DNA of 64,000 nt from Clostridia bacterium (GCA_017626895.1 JAGAHV010000159.1:36567-100566); one strand, 5' to 3'; shown: positions 9,152 to 18,230, numbered from the stretch's first letter. Program-made: numbers and translations. Notes: generated by a model from the sequence alone, not told the origin.

Positions 9152-10330
9152 ATGGCTGACTTTATCCGGCTTGGAATCATTGGCATTGGCAATCAGGGCT
9201 CCATGTATGCCCGCCGCATCGTAAAGGAAAACTGGTGTCCGGAGATCCGTCTGACCGCCATTGCGGACAAGAATCCCGACCGCATTGAATGGGCCAAATC
9301 CGCCATTTCGCCTGATCTTCAGTACTTTGATGATGCCATTGCCATGCTGGACAGCGGCGTCATTGACTCCTGTATCGTCGCTGTTCCCCATTATGATCAT
9401 CCCCACCTTGTCATTGAATGCATGAAGCGCGGCATTCATGTCATGTGCGAAAAGCCTGCCGGCGTCTACACCCTTCAGGTTCGTGAGATGATGGCCGAAG
9501 CGGACAAACATCCCGAGGTTGTCTTTGGCATGATGTTCAATCAGCGCACCAACTGCCTCTACCGCAAAATGCGGGAGCTGATTCAGAGCGGCAAATACGG
9601 CCGTGTGCGCCGCGCCAACTGGCTGATCACCAACTGGTATCGTCCGCAGTTCTACTATGACAGCGGCGACTGGCGTGCCACCTGGTCTGGCGAGGGCGGC
9701 GGCGTATTGCTCAATCAGTGCCCGCACCAGCTGGACCTGTGGCAGTGGATTCTGGGAATGCCTGTAAAGGTTCAGTCCTTCATGCGCTTTGGTCAGTGGC
9801 ATGACATTGAAGTGGAAGACGATGTCACCACGTACATGGAGTATGCGGACGGACATACCGGCGTCTTTACCACCTCTACCGGCGATCCTCACGGAACCAA
9901 CCGTTTTGAGGTTCAGATGGACGGCGCGCAGCTGATTGCTGAAGGGGAAACCCTGATGCTGGCTGAACTGGATCAGCTGGAACAGGACTGGACAAAGACC
10001 AACAAGGAGGCCTTTGGATCTGTTCCCTGCAAAGTCATTAATGTTGAAATGGATGGACTCAATCCGCAGCACCAGGGCGTTCTCAATGCCTGGGCTGGTG
10101 CCATTCTGCGCGGCGAGCCGCTGGTTGCGGATGGACATGAGGGCATTAACGGGCTCATGCTCTCCAATGCCATGCATCTCTCCTCTTTCCTCGGAAAGCC
10201 CGTTGAGCTGCCCTTTGATGAAAAGCTCTACTACGATGAGCTCATGAAACGTGTGGCCACCTCCAAGCGCAAGAGCGGCGGCCCCGCCGTTTTCGCCGAC
10301 ACCGCCAATTCATTCGCCGGAACCAAGTAA
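9152..10330 (+). CDS. Gfo/Idh/MocA-family NAD(P)-dependent oxidoreductase
   Basis: ORF track, 392 aa. N-terminal Rossmann motif IRLGIIGIGNQGSMYARRI, then the EKP motif (VMCEKPAG). RBS AAAGGAG. Confidence 0.85.
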   Translation: MADFIRLGIIGIGNQGSMYARRIVKENWCPEIRLTAIADKNPDRIEWAKSAISPDLQYFDDAIAMLDSGVIDSCIVAVPHYDHPHLVIECMKRGIHVMCEKPAGVYTLQVREMMAEADKHPEVVFGMMFNQRTNCLYRKMRELIQSGKYGRVRRANWLITNWYRPQFYYDSGDWRATWSGEGGGVLLNQCPHQLDLWQWILGMPVKVQSFMRFGQWHDIEVEDDVTTYMEYADGHTGVFTTSTGDPHGTNRFEVQMDGAQLIAEGETLMLAELDQLEQDWTKTNKEAFGSVPCKVINVEMDGLNPQHQGVLNAWAGAILRGEPLVADGHEGINGLMLSNAMHLSSFLGKPVELPFDEKLYYDELMKRVATSKRKSGGPAVFADTANSFAGTK

Positions 10331-10338
10331 ACAACAAA

Positions 10339-10362
10339 AGCAGGAGCGAGCTCCTGCTTTTT
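10339..10362. terminator. Hairpin terminator between convergent genes
   Basis: AGCAGGAGC..GCTCCTGCT followed by TTTTT and preceded by AAAA. It lies between the Gfo stop (10330) and the minus-strand stop at 10397. Confidence 0.65.
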
Positions 10363-10396
10363 CTATTTCTCAACCCAAGATGATGTATCCTGTTTT

Positions 10397-12124
10397 TCAA
10401 GCATTGTATCGTTTCACCATACAGCTTTTTTGGCAGAAGCAGATTCCATAGGCTTTGCATCCCACATATCCATCATCCAGAATCCCTTCCTCATATCTCT
10501 TGTCCCTGATCTGGGAAAAAGCCTCGTTAATTCCATCCTGCATTTCAATGAATTTCTTTCTTGCCTTCACTTCAAAGAGAATGGCCGGAAGATCATGTTT
10601 AATCGGATACAGGACAATATCCGGACGTCCATTTCCTTCTTCCCGATTCGACCGTGCCACATAATCTGGCACGGCATGGAGCAGTGACAGGAAGAAGCCG
10701 TGATAAAAGCTCTCCGTGCTGTCAAATGTGCTGATCATCATTTCCAGAAGATGATTGATGCAATCTTCCATTCCTTCCACATCATCATTCAGAACAGATC
10801 GAGCCAGTGGACTCAGGTCCTCTTTCTGAATCTGTTTATCAAACCATTTGCGTATCTGATTTCTATAAATACTCCTTATCTCTGCATTGGGAATTGCCAG
10901 CCGGCCATAAATATCTTCTCCGCCAAGTCTTTCAGAAACTTTTTTCAGATAACCGGTAAAGAACAGAAAATTCCATAAATTATCAGCCGATTCGCCGATT
11001 TCCTCATACGTGATATCCTCATGAATCTGCTTCTCAATCGTTCCGCCCTCGATAAGTCTGTTCAGTTCTTCTTTCATCGCCGCATCTGCTCCGGCTATCA
11101 GATCCCGAATAATTTGATTTGAGGATGTATTTGACCAATAGGGTTCAGGAAATTTTTTGTTTTCATTGACAATCCCATCCACATAATTGGTTATACTCCA
11201 GGGATTATAGATTTCCGTCTCGCCAAAGATATAACCATCATACCATTCCTTCACCTCAGGCGTTTTTGACTCAATTCCATAGTCTTCAAGCATCTGCATC
11301 GTTTCCTGTACCGTAAAACCAAAGGCTTCATCAAATGCCCCTGACCTGATAGAATTGATTTTCAAATTGTTCATACCTGTGAAAATGCTTTCTTTGCTGA
11401 TCCGAAGACAGCCGGTGATCACGGCAAGCTCAAGTGCATTATTCGTTTTGAGACATGACTCAAAAAGGGAGCGGATAAAACTGACCATTTCCTGATAGAA
11501 ACCCTCATGATACGCATTTTCAAGCGGGACATCGTATTCATCAATCAGAATCAGGACTTTTCTCCCATGATAGTGCATCAGGGCATCTGAGAGCAGTTTT
11601 AACGACGTCGAATACCTTGTAATTTCTGCGAGACCTGATTTTTCATCTTCAAACACACTGTCCTTTCCGGGAACGGACAGTTCTTCAATGATCTTCCTGT
11701 CAGCCAAAGGCAGTCTCCCCTGTGTCCAGAGATAGGAATGCCTTTTAATCTCGGAAATGATATTTTCCCTCAGTTTCTTAAATGAAGAAATAAAGTCAGG
11801 CTGTCTTGCAGACTTAATCGACAGACTAATCACCGGATATTTTCCCATCATGGATAGAATCTCTTTCGGTGCCCCCATGATTTTCTTTCCTTCAAAATAC
11901 CAGCTTTTATCTATCTCTTTCCCATCGTTGTCATATTCGAGTTCAAAAAAAGTCTGAAGCATGGAAAGTGCGAGCGTCTTGCCAAATCTTCTTGGCCGGG
12001 TGAATAAGGTTACCTTTCCGCCTTTTTCAACGAGACCCCGAACCAGCATGGTTTTATCAACGTAATACAGATTTCCCTCGACGAACTCCTTGTAATTCTC
12101 ATAGCCAATTCCTATTTTTTGCAT
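10397..12124 (-). CDS. AAA-ATPase-like + PD-(D/E)xK (PDDEXK_9-type) family protein, intact
   Basis: ORF track, 575 aa. The N-terminus is MQKIGIGYENYKEFVEGNLYYVDKT with a Walker-A-like FTRPRRFGKT. The C-terminal nuclease-like motif is GRPDIVLYP...ILFEVKARK. The gene is visibly AT-richer than its flanks. Confidence 0.8.
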   Translation of the reverse strand: MQKIGIGYENYKEFVEGNLYYVDKTMLVRGLVEKGGKVTLFTRPRRFGKTLALSMLQTFFELEYDNDGKEIDKSWYFEGKKIMGAPKEILSMMGKYPVISLSIKSARQPDFISSFKKLRENIISEIKRHSYLWTQGRLPLADRKIIEELSVPGKDSVFEDEKSGLAEITRYSTSLKLLSDALMHYHGRKVLILIDEYDVPLENAYHEGFYQEMVSFIRSLFESCLKTNNALELAVITGCLRISKESIFTGMNNLKINSIRSGAFDEAFGFTVQETMQMLEDYGIESKTPEVKEWYDGYIFGETEIYNPWSITNYVDGIVNENKKFPEPYWSNTSSNQIIRDLIAGADAAMKEELNRLIEGGTIEKQIHEDITYEEIGESADNLWNFLFFTGYLKKVSERLGGEDIYGRLAIPNAEIRSIYRNQIRKWFDKQIQKEDLSPLARSVLNDDVEGMEDCINHLLEMMISTFDSTESFYHGFFLSLLHAVPDYVARSNREEGNGRPDIVLYPIKHDLPAILFEVKARKKFIEMQDGINEAFSQIRDKRYEEGILDDGYVGCKAYGICFCQKSCMVKRYNA

Positions 12125-12191
12125 TTGATCACCCCCGGAGAAACTTGCTGTCTTGTTTTATCACAGATATCTGTCTATGGGAATCACGTGG

Positions 12192-13553
12192 TCACGGTTC
12201 ACCGGACAATTCCTCTATTCCCCGTTCCGCCTCAATATGCTCAAAGAAATCATTCTTTTTCTCATCCGGACCCACGGCCGTGTAGTAAAGGCCGAACAGG
12301 CGGTTATCGTGTTTTCCAGAGTCTCGGACGACATATTTCCCCGAATCCTGGGTACGATGACGTTTGAATGCCTCACAGGCCACATCAAAACCGGTTTTCC
12401 CGTCAAAGGCGGTCAGCGGCTGGCGCCAGTCCATGACAACGGGGTTCTTCTCATACAGATGGATGTACACTTTCTGAATCTGCCACGGATCCAACGCGGC
12501 ATCTTTTCCGGTCAGTTTATACGCCGGGTCTGCTGCTAGTTCCAGTGCCTGAACCAATCCCCAGGCACAGGCTTTATGCGCCCCATGACCATATTCCCCG
12601 TTAAAGTCATGTGTCACCGCCACCAGCGGCCGGTATCGCCGGATCAGCCCGGTAATAAACTGCAGAACGTTCTCCTCGCCCCACATTTTGATGATGTCCC
12701 TCGTCTGGGACGCATACCGGTCGATAAAGACATCTCCTCCGGTCATGATGGGATATTCCCGCACGCCGCAGGTCCAGAGGCAGTCAAGCAGCTCACACTT
12801 TCTGCTGGCAGGCTGTTTGGTGACATTGACCACAAGAACTTTTTTCCCGCGTTCCCCCCGGTAATAAGGAATGGTTCCGCCAAACCAGAGGACCTCGTCA
12901 TCCGGATGGGCGGAAAGGACCAGCAGATCCGCCTCCCCTTCAAAAGGCTTCCACCGCTCTACCCAGTCTGGAACACATCCGGCACCCAGGAGCTGGATCT
13001 CTGTCACGCAGAAATCCATGGAACCGCTGTTGTGAATCCGAAAATGACGCAGACCATCTACCGGAATGTACTCATTGTAATACAGAGCCTTCCGTGCTCT
13101 CCCCGTCGGCTGCCATGTGCCCTCACTGTCCTGCACCTCCAGCTGGTAGGCGGAGAGTTCTCCGCCCCACTTGACATACAGGCCGAAGCAGTCCTGCCCC
13201 TCCGGCAGTTCAAATTCCAACCAGCCGTTTGGTCCCCCGTTCCACGCGGTCTTATACCGGTCATCCGTGAGCCAGTCCCGGTCATTCCCGTTCCGGTTTA
13301 CATGAATCCGGGCAAGCCCGGTAATATCCGCCGCCGGTGTACTGCTCTGTTCCACTGCTTCAATGAAGCGTTCCGAAAAAGTGTCATCTGGCTGAAGCTC
13401 TTCATTTTGCGCCGTCCGGTCAAAAATGCCGCCCGGTGACTGAGAAAAATCCATCCGCACGCCGCCGGTGCCCGTGCCCTTCTCCGCCGCCGCCATCCAG
13501 GGCAGCAGCAACAGACACAGGCATACCATCCATCTATTCATCGTACCGAACAT
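12192..13553 (-). CDS. Secreted PIG-L/LmbE-family deacetylase with an N-terminal beta-sandwich (discoidin/CBM-like) region
   Basis: ORF 12192-13574. A likely start is the ATG at 13553 (MFGTMNRWMVCLCLLLLPWMAAA, signal peptide) after GAGGAGG; the ATG at 13541 is also possible. The zinc-deacetylase motifs are LSAHPDDEVLWFGG and HDFNGEYGHGAH. Confidence 0.75.
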   Translation of the reverse strand: MFGTMNRWMVCLCLLLLPWMAAAEKGTGTGGVRMDFSQSPGGIFDRTAQNEELQPDDTFSERFIEAVEQSSTPAADITGLARIHVNRNGNDRDWLTDDRYKTAWNGGPNGWLEFELPEGQDCFGLYVKWGGELSAYQLEVQDSEGTWQPTGRARKALYYNEYIPVDGLRHFRIHNSGSMDFCVTEIQLLGAGCVPDWVERWKPFEGEADLLVLSAHPDDEVLWFGGTIPYYRGERGKKVLVVNVTKQPASRKCELLDCLWTCGVREYPIMTGGDVFIDRYASQTRDIIKMWGEENVLQFITGLIRRYRPLVAVTHDFNGEYGHGAHKACAWGLVQALELAADPAYKLTGKDAALDPWQIQKVYIHLYEKNPVVMDWRQPLTAFDGKTGFDVACEAFKRHRTQDSGKYVVRDSGKHDNRLFGLYYTAVGPDEKKNDFFEHIEAERGIEELSGEP

Positions 13554-13815
13554 GAAAACCTGATTCCTCCTCACTCAGCGGCATTTCCCATTCCTGCCGA
13601 TCCGTTATCTGGACATAAGTTCCGGCAGCAATGCGCTGAATCATCCGCTCGATCTCATCTGCCGGGCCCTGCACTTCCATCTCCACTGCTCCATCCCAGC
13701 GATTCATGACCCAGCCCGTCAGCTCTGCAAGTGCCGCCGCATGAACGGCCCGATAACGGAAGCCAACTCCCTGAACATCGCCTGAAAAGACAAAGTGTTT
13801 ACGTATCCTGGACAT
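13534..13815 (-). CDS. acyP: Acylphosphatase
   Basis: ORF track, 93 aa. The signature is FVFSGDVQGVGFRYRAVHAA...GWVMNRWDGAVE. Confidence 0.9.
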   Translation of the reverse strand: MSRIRKHFVFSGDVQGVGFRYRAVHAAALAELTGWVMNRWDGAVEMEVQGPADEIERMIQRIAAGTYVQITDRQEWEMPLSEEESGFHVRYDE

Positions 13816-13901
13816 CGTTTTCTCCCTTTTGGAACTCCTTCATCTCCATTGCCGTGCAGCCGCCTGGCTGTTGTCCGGCTGAGCGAACAGACCCTTTCCG
13901 A

Positions 13902-14420
13902 TTAACGCCGGCCGAAATCCGTGAACATGGCCGCCAGTTCACTGACGATGTCCTCTGCGCTTTTTCCCTGTTCCTCGACCGTAACATCCGCATAGCGTTC
14001 GTAGAGCGGCACCCGTTCCTCATACAGCATCCGAAGGGTCTGTCCCTCCGAAAGCACAACGCCCCGCTGCCGGATATTCTGAAGGCGGGCTGCCAGCGTA
14101 TCATATGCCACCGACAGGTACACCACCGTACTCTGTTCGCAAAGACGGGCCATTGCCCGGTCTCCGTAGACGGCACTGCCGCCGGTCGCAATCACCGCAG
14201 GCGCCGGCAGATTCATCTCAAGAATCACCCGCTCCTCAAGCTGTTTAAACCCTTCCGGCCCGTACCGGTCGATCAGCTCGGAAAGCCGGGCGCCGGACTG
14301 TGTCTGAATCAGCAGATCCGTATCCAGAAACGCGGTTCCCAAAACCTTTGCCAGAATCACACCGACAGTGCTTTTCCCGGATGCCGGCATTCCGATCAGC
14401 GTGATGCAGTTTTTCTCCAT
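13902..14420 (-). CDS. aroK: Shikimate kinase
   Basis: ORF track, 172 aa. P-loop LIGMPASGKSTVG, then FLDTDLLI. Confidence 0.9.
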   Translation of the reverse strand: MEKNCITLIGMPASGKSTVGVILAKVLGTAFLDTDLLIQTQSGARLSELIDRYGPEGFKQLEERVILEMNLPAPAVIATGGSAVYGDRAMARLCEQSTVVYLSVAYDTLAARLQNIRQRGVVLSEGQTLRMLYEERVPLYERYADVTVEEQGKSAEDIVSELAAMFTDFGRR

Positions 14421-14484
14421 TTCAAGCCTTCTTTCCCTATCTGTCCGTTTCTGACCTCATTCCCCGGAACAGGCACCGTTTAAA

Positions 14485-14524
14485 GAGATAAACATGCCCT
14501 GTATTGGCAGGGCATGTTTATCTC
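14485..14524 (-). terminator. 17-bp perfect-stem hairpin downstream of the SLOG-HTH gene
   Basis: GAGATAAACATGCCCTG-tattgg-CAGGGCATGTTTATCTC. On the minus strand it is followed by TTTAAAC, a short U-run. Confidence 0.6.
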
Positions 14525-14537
14525 CGTTCCTGCGTTA

Positions 14538-15371
14538 TCATTTGGATTTGACTCCATGAATCCGGGCAAGCAGCCATTCCTTCTTCTTTTGCTGATCCGT
14601 CTCCGGCGGGTCGCCGCGAAGAAATGGGAGTGCCAGTTTCAGACGTTTTTTGGTTTTGGCAATCGTTTGTCTGGTCTGATCCTCTGTAAGTCCCGTCTCC
14701 TGTGCCACCTCTTCAAGCGGTTTTCCTTCCATAAACCGCTTTTCAATGACCTCCGCCTCCGTCAGGCTGCGGCCTGAAAAAAGCTCTATGGCAAGACGGA
14801 GCTCAATATCCTCCGGCCATTGTCGGTCCTCCTCAAGATGATGCAGAAGACATTCCGGATAGGGTTCCGTTACCGCTTTCACGCCATCCAGACAGACAAC
14901 CGTCTTAACCCCTTTCTCCCGGGCATAATCAACCGTTCTCTTTGTACTTCCGGCTTCTCCATTGTAGAAGGCGATCACCAGACTGGAATGATCCACGAGC
15001 CAGCGATTTCGGCGCTCCAGCGCATTTTCATCATAGCGGTCAGCCATCGTCACCCGATAGTCAGCCGCCTTCCACACCTCTGTATACCGCTTCTTCCACT
15101 CCTCTTTCCATCGCGCATCAAAAGAAAGATACGGTGTGACGGCAATGAGCCGGAGGGCATCATTGGTCTTTTTCCTGGCAAGGACAATCTCCGCTGCCCA
15201 GAGGTCGACCCCCATGCCCATGCCGGTAAGAAAGGTGGTTTTCCCATCTGCCACAGCCTCATCAATCCGGTCTTCCAGCCATTTCCGCACCTGCGTTTCG
15301 CTTTCATCCAGCTTGGATGCCCGGTGGCCGGTGAAACAGCAGCGACGCAAACGTTTTTCTTCCTCCGTCAT
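14538..15371 (-). CDS. SLOG-superfamily (DUF1273 / YpsA-like) domain fused to a C-terminal sigma-70 region-4-like HTH
   Basis: ORF 14538-15461. I prefer the ATG at 15371 (MTEEEKRLRRCCFTGHR...), 8 nt after AAGGAGG. The DUF1273-like core reads CCFTGHR...TFLTGMGMGVDLWAAEIVL...LIAVTPY...VIAFYNGEAGSTKRTVDYA. The tail SLTEAEVIEKRFMEGKPLEEVAQETGLTEDQTRQTIAKTKKRLK resembles sigma70_r4. Confidence 0.7.
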   Translation of the reverse strand: MTEEEKRLRRCCFTGHRASKLDESETQVRKWLEDRIDEAVADGKTTFLTGMGMGVDLWAAEIVLARKKTNDALRLIAVTPYLSFDARWKEEWKKRYTEVWKAADYRVTMADRYDENALERRNRWLVDHSSLVIAFYNGEAGSTKRTVDYAREKGVKTVVCLDGVKAVTEPYPECLLHHLEEDRQWPEDIELRLAIELFSGRSLTEAEVIEKRFMEGKPLEEVAQETGLTEDQTRQTIAKTKKRLKLALPFLRGDPPETDQQKKKEWLLARIHGVKSK

Positions 15372-15596
15372 TTTCCTGCCTCCTTCTCCGTTCAAAAAGG
15401 AGTTTGCCCAATCCCCGACAGCTTTTTTCAAATCCGGGTCAGCATCAGGCTGCTCCGACAAATGACCTCCCCTGCCTGCCTTTCCGTGACCTGGCCTGCC
15501 AAAATCGCGGCAGTTGAGAGCATCCGAACCCAGCGGTGCACAGGGCCAGACTGCGGCTAAAAGAGCTTTTTCAGAAAGAACCGCTTTCCTGCAGAT

Positions 15597-16826
15597 TTAC
15601 TCTGCCCAGCTGCCGTTTCTGAAAATGGGCACCGCTTTCCCATCCGGACGCACGCCGTCTATCGACAGATCCTCTGCGCCGATCATGAAATCGACGTGAA
15701 TAATGGAGTCATTGATTCCCATTTCCCGTGCCTCTTCCATCGTCAGATTATCGCCATCCGGCAGGACTTCCTTGAAACCCATGCCCAGTGCACAGTGGCA
15801 GCAGGCATTTTCATCAAACAGCGTCTCATAGAAAAGGCCGAACTGATTGACCGGACTCTCTTTCGGCACCAGAGCCACCTCACCCAGCATGGCGGCGCCC
15901 TCGTCCATATGGATCATCTTTTCCAGCAGTTCCTGTCCCTTTTCCGCCTTGCAGGAAACGGCGCGGCCATCCTTAAACGTGATGGAGAAGTTCTCGATCA
16001 GCTGACTGTTATAGGAAAGCGGCTTGACCGCCACCAGTGTTCCCTCACACTTTCCGGCATGCGGTGAGGTAAAGATTTCCTCTGTCGGCATATTGGGAAT
16101 ATAGGACGCGCCATTTTTTACATTAACGGCACTCGCACCTTCCCATTTTGCCCCCGGAATCAATTCAACCGTAAAGTCCGTTCCGTTGGCGCTCCGATAC
16201 TGAAGGGAGGCAAATCCCTGGTCATTGAGCCAGGCCGCCTTCTTTGATATGAAATCCGAATGTGCCTTCCATTCCTCTACCGGATTATTCTCCTCCGTCA
16301 CACGTACGGTGGTCAGAATCGCTTTCCAGAGCTGATCCACGGCGTTCTCTGCATCCGGATAGCACTTCTTTGCCCATTTTTCCGACGGATAGGCTGCAAT
16401 CACCCACTGATGCTTTCCTTCAATCGCATTCCGATACGGCTTTACCACTCTTCCGCGGCACTGAGCCACCTCCGAGAGCTTGGCAGGATCAATCCCGCTC
16501 ATGGCGTCCGGGTCATCCGATACGATAAAGATCCGGCACGGAAGATCCTCAACCATCTGGCTAAGTTTTTCCTTCTCCCACGGGAGAACCGTGGAAAGGG
16601 TTTCCGTGTCCGCATAAAGATAATTCAGTCTTGAATAGGCATCAAACGTCCAGTCAACATTGACCTTTTTTGCCCCGGCTTTATAACATTCCTCGATGAT
16701 CAGCGCAGCAAACGCATGCTGCTCCACAGAAACTGTCAGCAGGACCGTCTGTCCCGGCTGGACATTGGCGCCGGTCCTCACGATCAGCTCTGCGTATTTT
16801 CGCAGCAGGTTTTCTGAAATGCTCAT
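15597..16826 (-). CDS. M29-family aminopeptidase (AmpS/PepS-like)
   Basis: ORF track, 409 aa. The N-terminus LLRKYAELIVRTGANVQPGQTVLL and the C-terminal HVDFMIG are typical of peptidase M29. Confidence 0.85.
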   Translation of the reverse strand: MSISENLLRKYAELIVRTGANVQPGQTVLLTVSVEQHAFAALIIEECYKAGAKKVNVDWTFDAYSRLNYLYADTETLSTVLPWEKEKLSQMVEDLPCRIFIVSDDPDAMSGIDPAKLSEVAQCRGRVVKPYRNAIEGKHQWVIAAYPSEKWAKKCYPDAENAVDQLWKAILTTVRVTEENNPVEEWKAHSDFISKKAAWLNDQGFASLQYRSANGTDFTVELIPGAKWEGASAVNVKNGASYIPNMPTEEIFTSPHAGKCEGTLVAVKPLSYNSQLIENFSITFKDGRAVSCKAEKGQELLEKMIHMDEGAAMLGEVALVPKESPVNQFGLFYETLFDENACCHCALGMGFKEVLPDGDNLTMEEAREMGINDSIIHVDFMIGAEDLSIDGVRPDGKAVPIFRNGSWAE

Positions 16827-17027
16827 AACGAAGTTCCCCCTTTACCATTCACAAGGTGCGTTCCGGTGATCCTGACCGGTTCATTCCCGTCGCTCAGAAT
16901 CGTTTCCTCTGATCCCACCCAGGCTGCCCGGAGAATCGGCTGATTCTCCTCTCCCGCTCTGCATAGCGGTTTCTTTCCGGCCGTACCTCACACCTGTCAC
17001 TGTTATAACGCATCCCCTCCGTCCATG

Positions 17028-18230
17028 TCAAGTCATGATTTCCCGGCCCACGGGCGGCTCTGCAGATGCATTGTCCTGTTCATTGTCCGGATGCAGATAA
17101 TCCTTTATCCGGATGAAATACTCCCGTTCTGAATCCTCTGCAAAATCCCTTGCATCGCTTTCACATTGCTGATAATAGTAGGTATTGAAATCCCCGTCTG
17201 TACCGGTATAGTTCTGAAATTCTTCGGCATATTCCCTGATTTCCCGGAACATCATAAGACCTCTGTTTTCCTGACGGGTTTCTATCAGCAGATCGATCAG
17301 GCGATGCTGATATGCATGATAAGCCTCATGACAGACGGTATTGACCAGTTCCCACGGGGAATCGTATAACAGAGATGCCGTGCTGATCCGGATTTCATGT
17401 GTTTTGTCATGGTAGGTTCCCGCCTTGTCCCTGCTCATATCCTCAGCGCCCACATTCAGTTCATGCGGCAGGCCCAGATATCTCTGTTCAATATTGGCCA
17501 CGGTCTGAAGGACATTCAGCTTTTCCCGGGCAGTGTACTGTTCCCATCTTCCGTCAGCCAGCGCCGTCAGGGTTCCCATGTTGTTCTGGATGGTCTGTGC
17601 CTCGATATTCTGATCACTGGCCGGCGGGACCGCTGCCTTAACCAGTACCGAATTAAACGCGCGTGCCGATCCCGTTACCGCAATGATCACGGCAAAGCCG
17701 AACCCAATCATTCTCTGCAAGACCATCGCCATCCAGCGGCCCTCAGGCAGGACAGACTGCCCTGCCATAACCCGCCTGACAACCTGCCATGTAAGGAATG
17801 CCGAAACCGCAGAGGTGAGACACAGCAGCACTGTGCTGATCAGATCAGGACGGACAGGCATATAGGCAAGTACCGTATATATTCCGTATCCGATCAGCAG
17901 ATTAAAACAGACGCTGATGATATTTCTGTGATGCCGGATATTCAGGAGTGTTCCAAGACCTGTTCCGGTCAGGACAAGTCCCCACAGAACAGCCTTGGAA
18001 AGGACGAGTGTCTGATGCTCAAGGGATCTGAACAGAAAGAGCCGATACCAGACCATCCCGATCAACATCCAGAAAACGTTATTGAACAGATAATCAACGA
18101 TTCCATCCCGGTTTCCGGCAACACGGGAATGCCTTTCTTTCCGGACCGGACAGATGTATCCCTGATCAGGATGATAGCCCAGGATCACGCCGGCCTGTTC
18201 CCGCGTTGAAAAAGACTTGTTTCTTCTCAT
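17028..18230 (-). CDS. Polytopic membrane protein with a C-terminal HExxH (zinc-metalloprotease-like) domain
   Basis: ORF 17028-18278. I prefer the ATG at 18230 (MRRNKSFSTREQ...) after GAGGAGG, because the longer start would run into the repeat element. There are about 5-6 hydrophobic helices, then ...ELVNTVCHEAYHAYQHRLIDLL. I do not recognise a named family. Confidence 0.6.
   Translation of the reverse strand: MRRNKSFSTREQAGVILGYHPDQGYICPVRKERHSRVAGNRDGIVDYLFNNVFWMLIGMVWYRLFLFRSLEHQTLVLSKAVLWGLVLTGTGLGTLLNIRHHRNIISVCFNLLIGYGIYTVLAYMPVRPDLISTVLLCLTSAVSAFLTWQVVRRVMAGQSVLPEGRWMAMVLQRMIGFGFAVIIAVTGSARAFNSVLVKAAVPPASDQNIEAQTIQNNMGTLTALADGRWEQYTAREKLNVLQTVANIEQRYLGLPHELNVGAEDMSRDKAGTYHDKTHEIRISTASLLYDSPWELVNTVCHEAYHAYQHRLIDLLIETRQENRGLMMFREIREYAEEFQNYTGTDGDFNTYYYQQCESDARDFAEDSEREYFIRIKDYLHPDNEQDNASAEPPVGREIMT

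Noticed and set aside
8261-10177. A 638-aa minus-strand ORF, the longest ORF in this part of the track
   Set aside because: It lies entirely antisense to two well-supported plus-strand genes (TIM-barrel isomerase 8264-9115 and Gfo/Idh/MocA 9152-10330). It has no RBS. Its composition is Gly/Ala/Arg/Val-rich and low-information, typical of shadow ORFs in GC-rich DNA, and it carries no recognisable motif.
10397-12124. An AT-rich AAA-ATPase-like/PD-(D/E)xK gene, considered as part of a mobile element or a multi-gene defence island
   Set aside because: No integrase, transposase, flanking direct or inverted repeats, tRNA-adjacent junction or partner defence genes are visible. It can only be called a compositionally atypical single gene.
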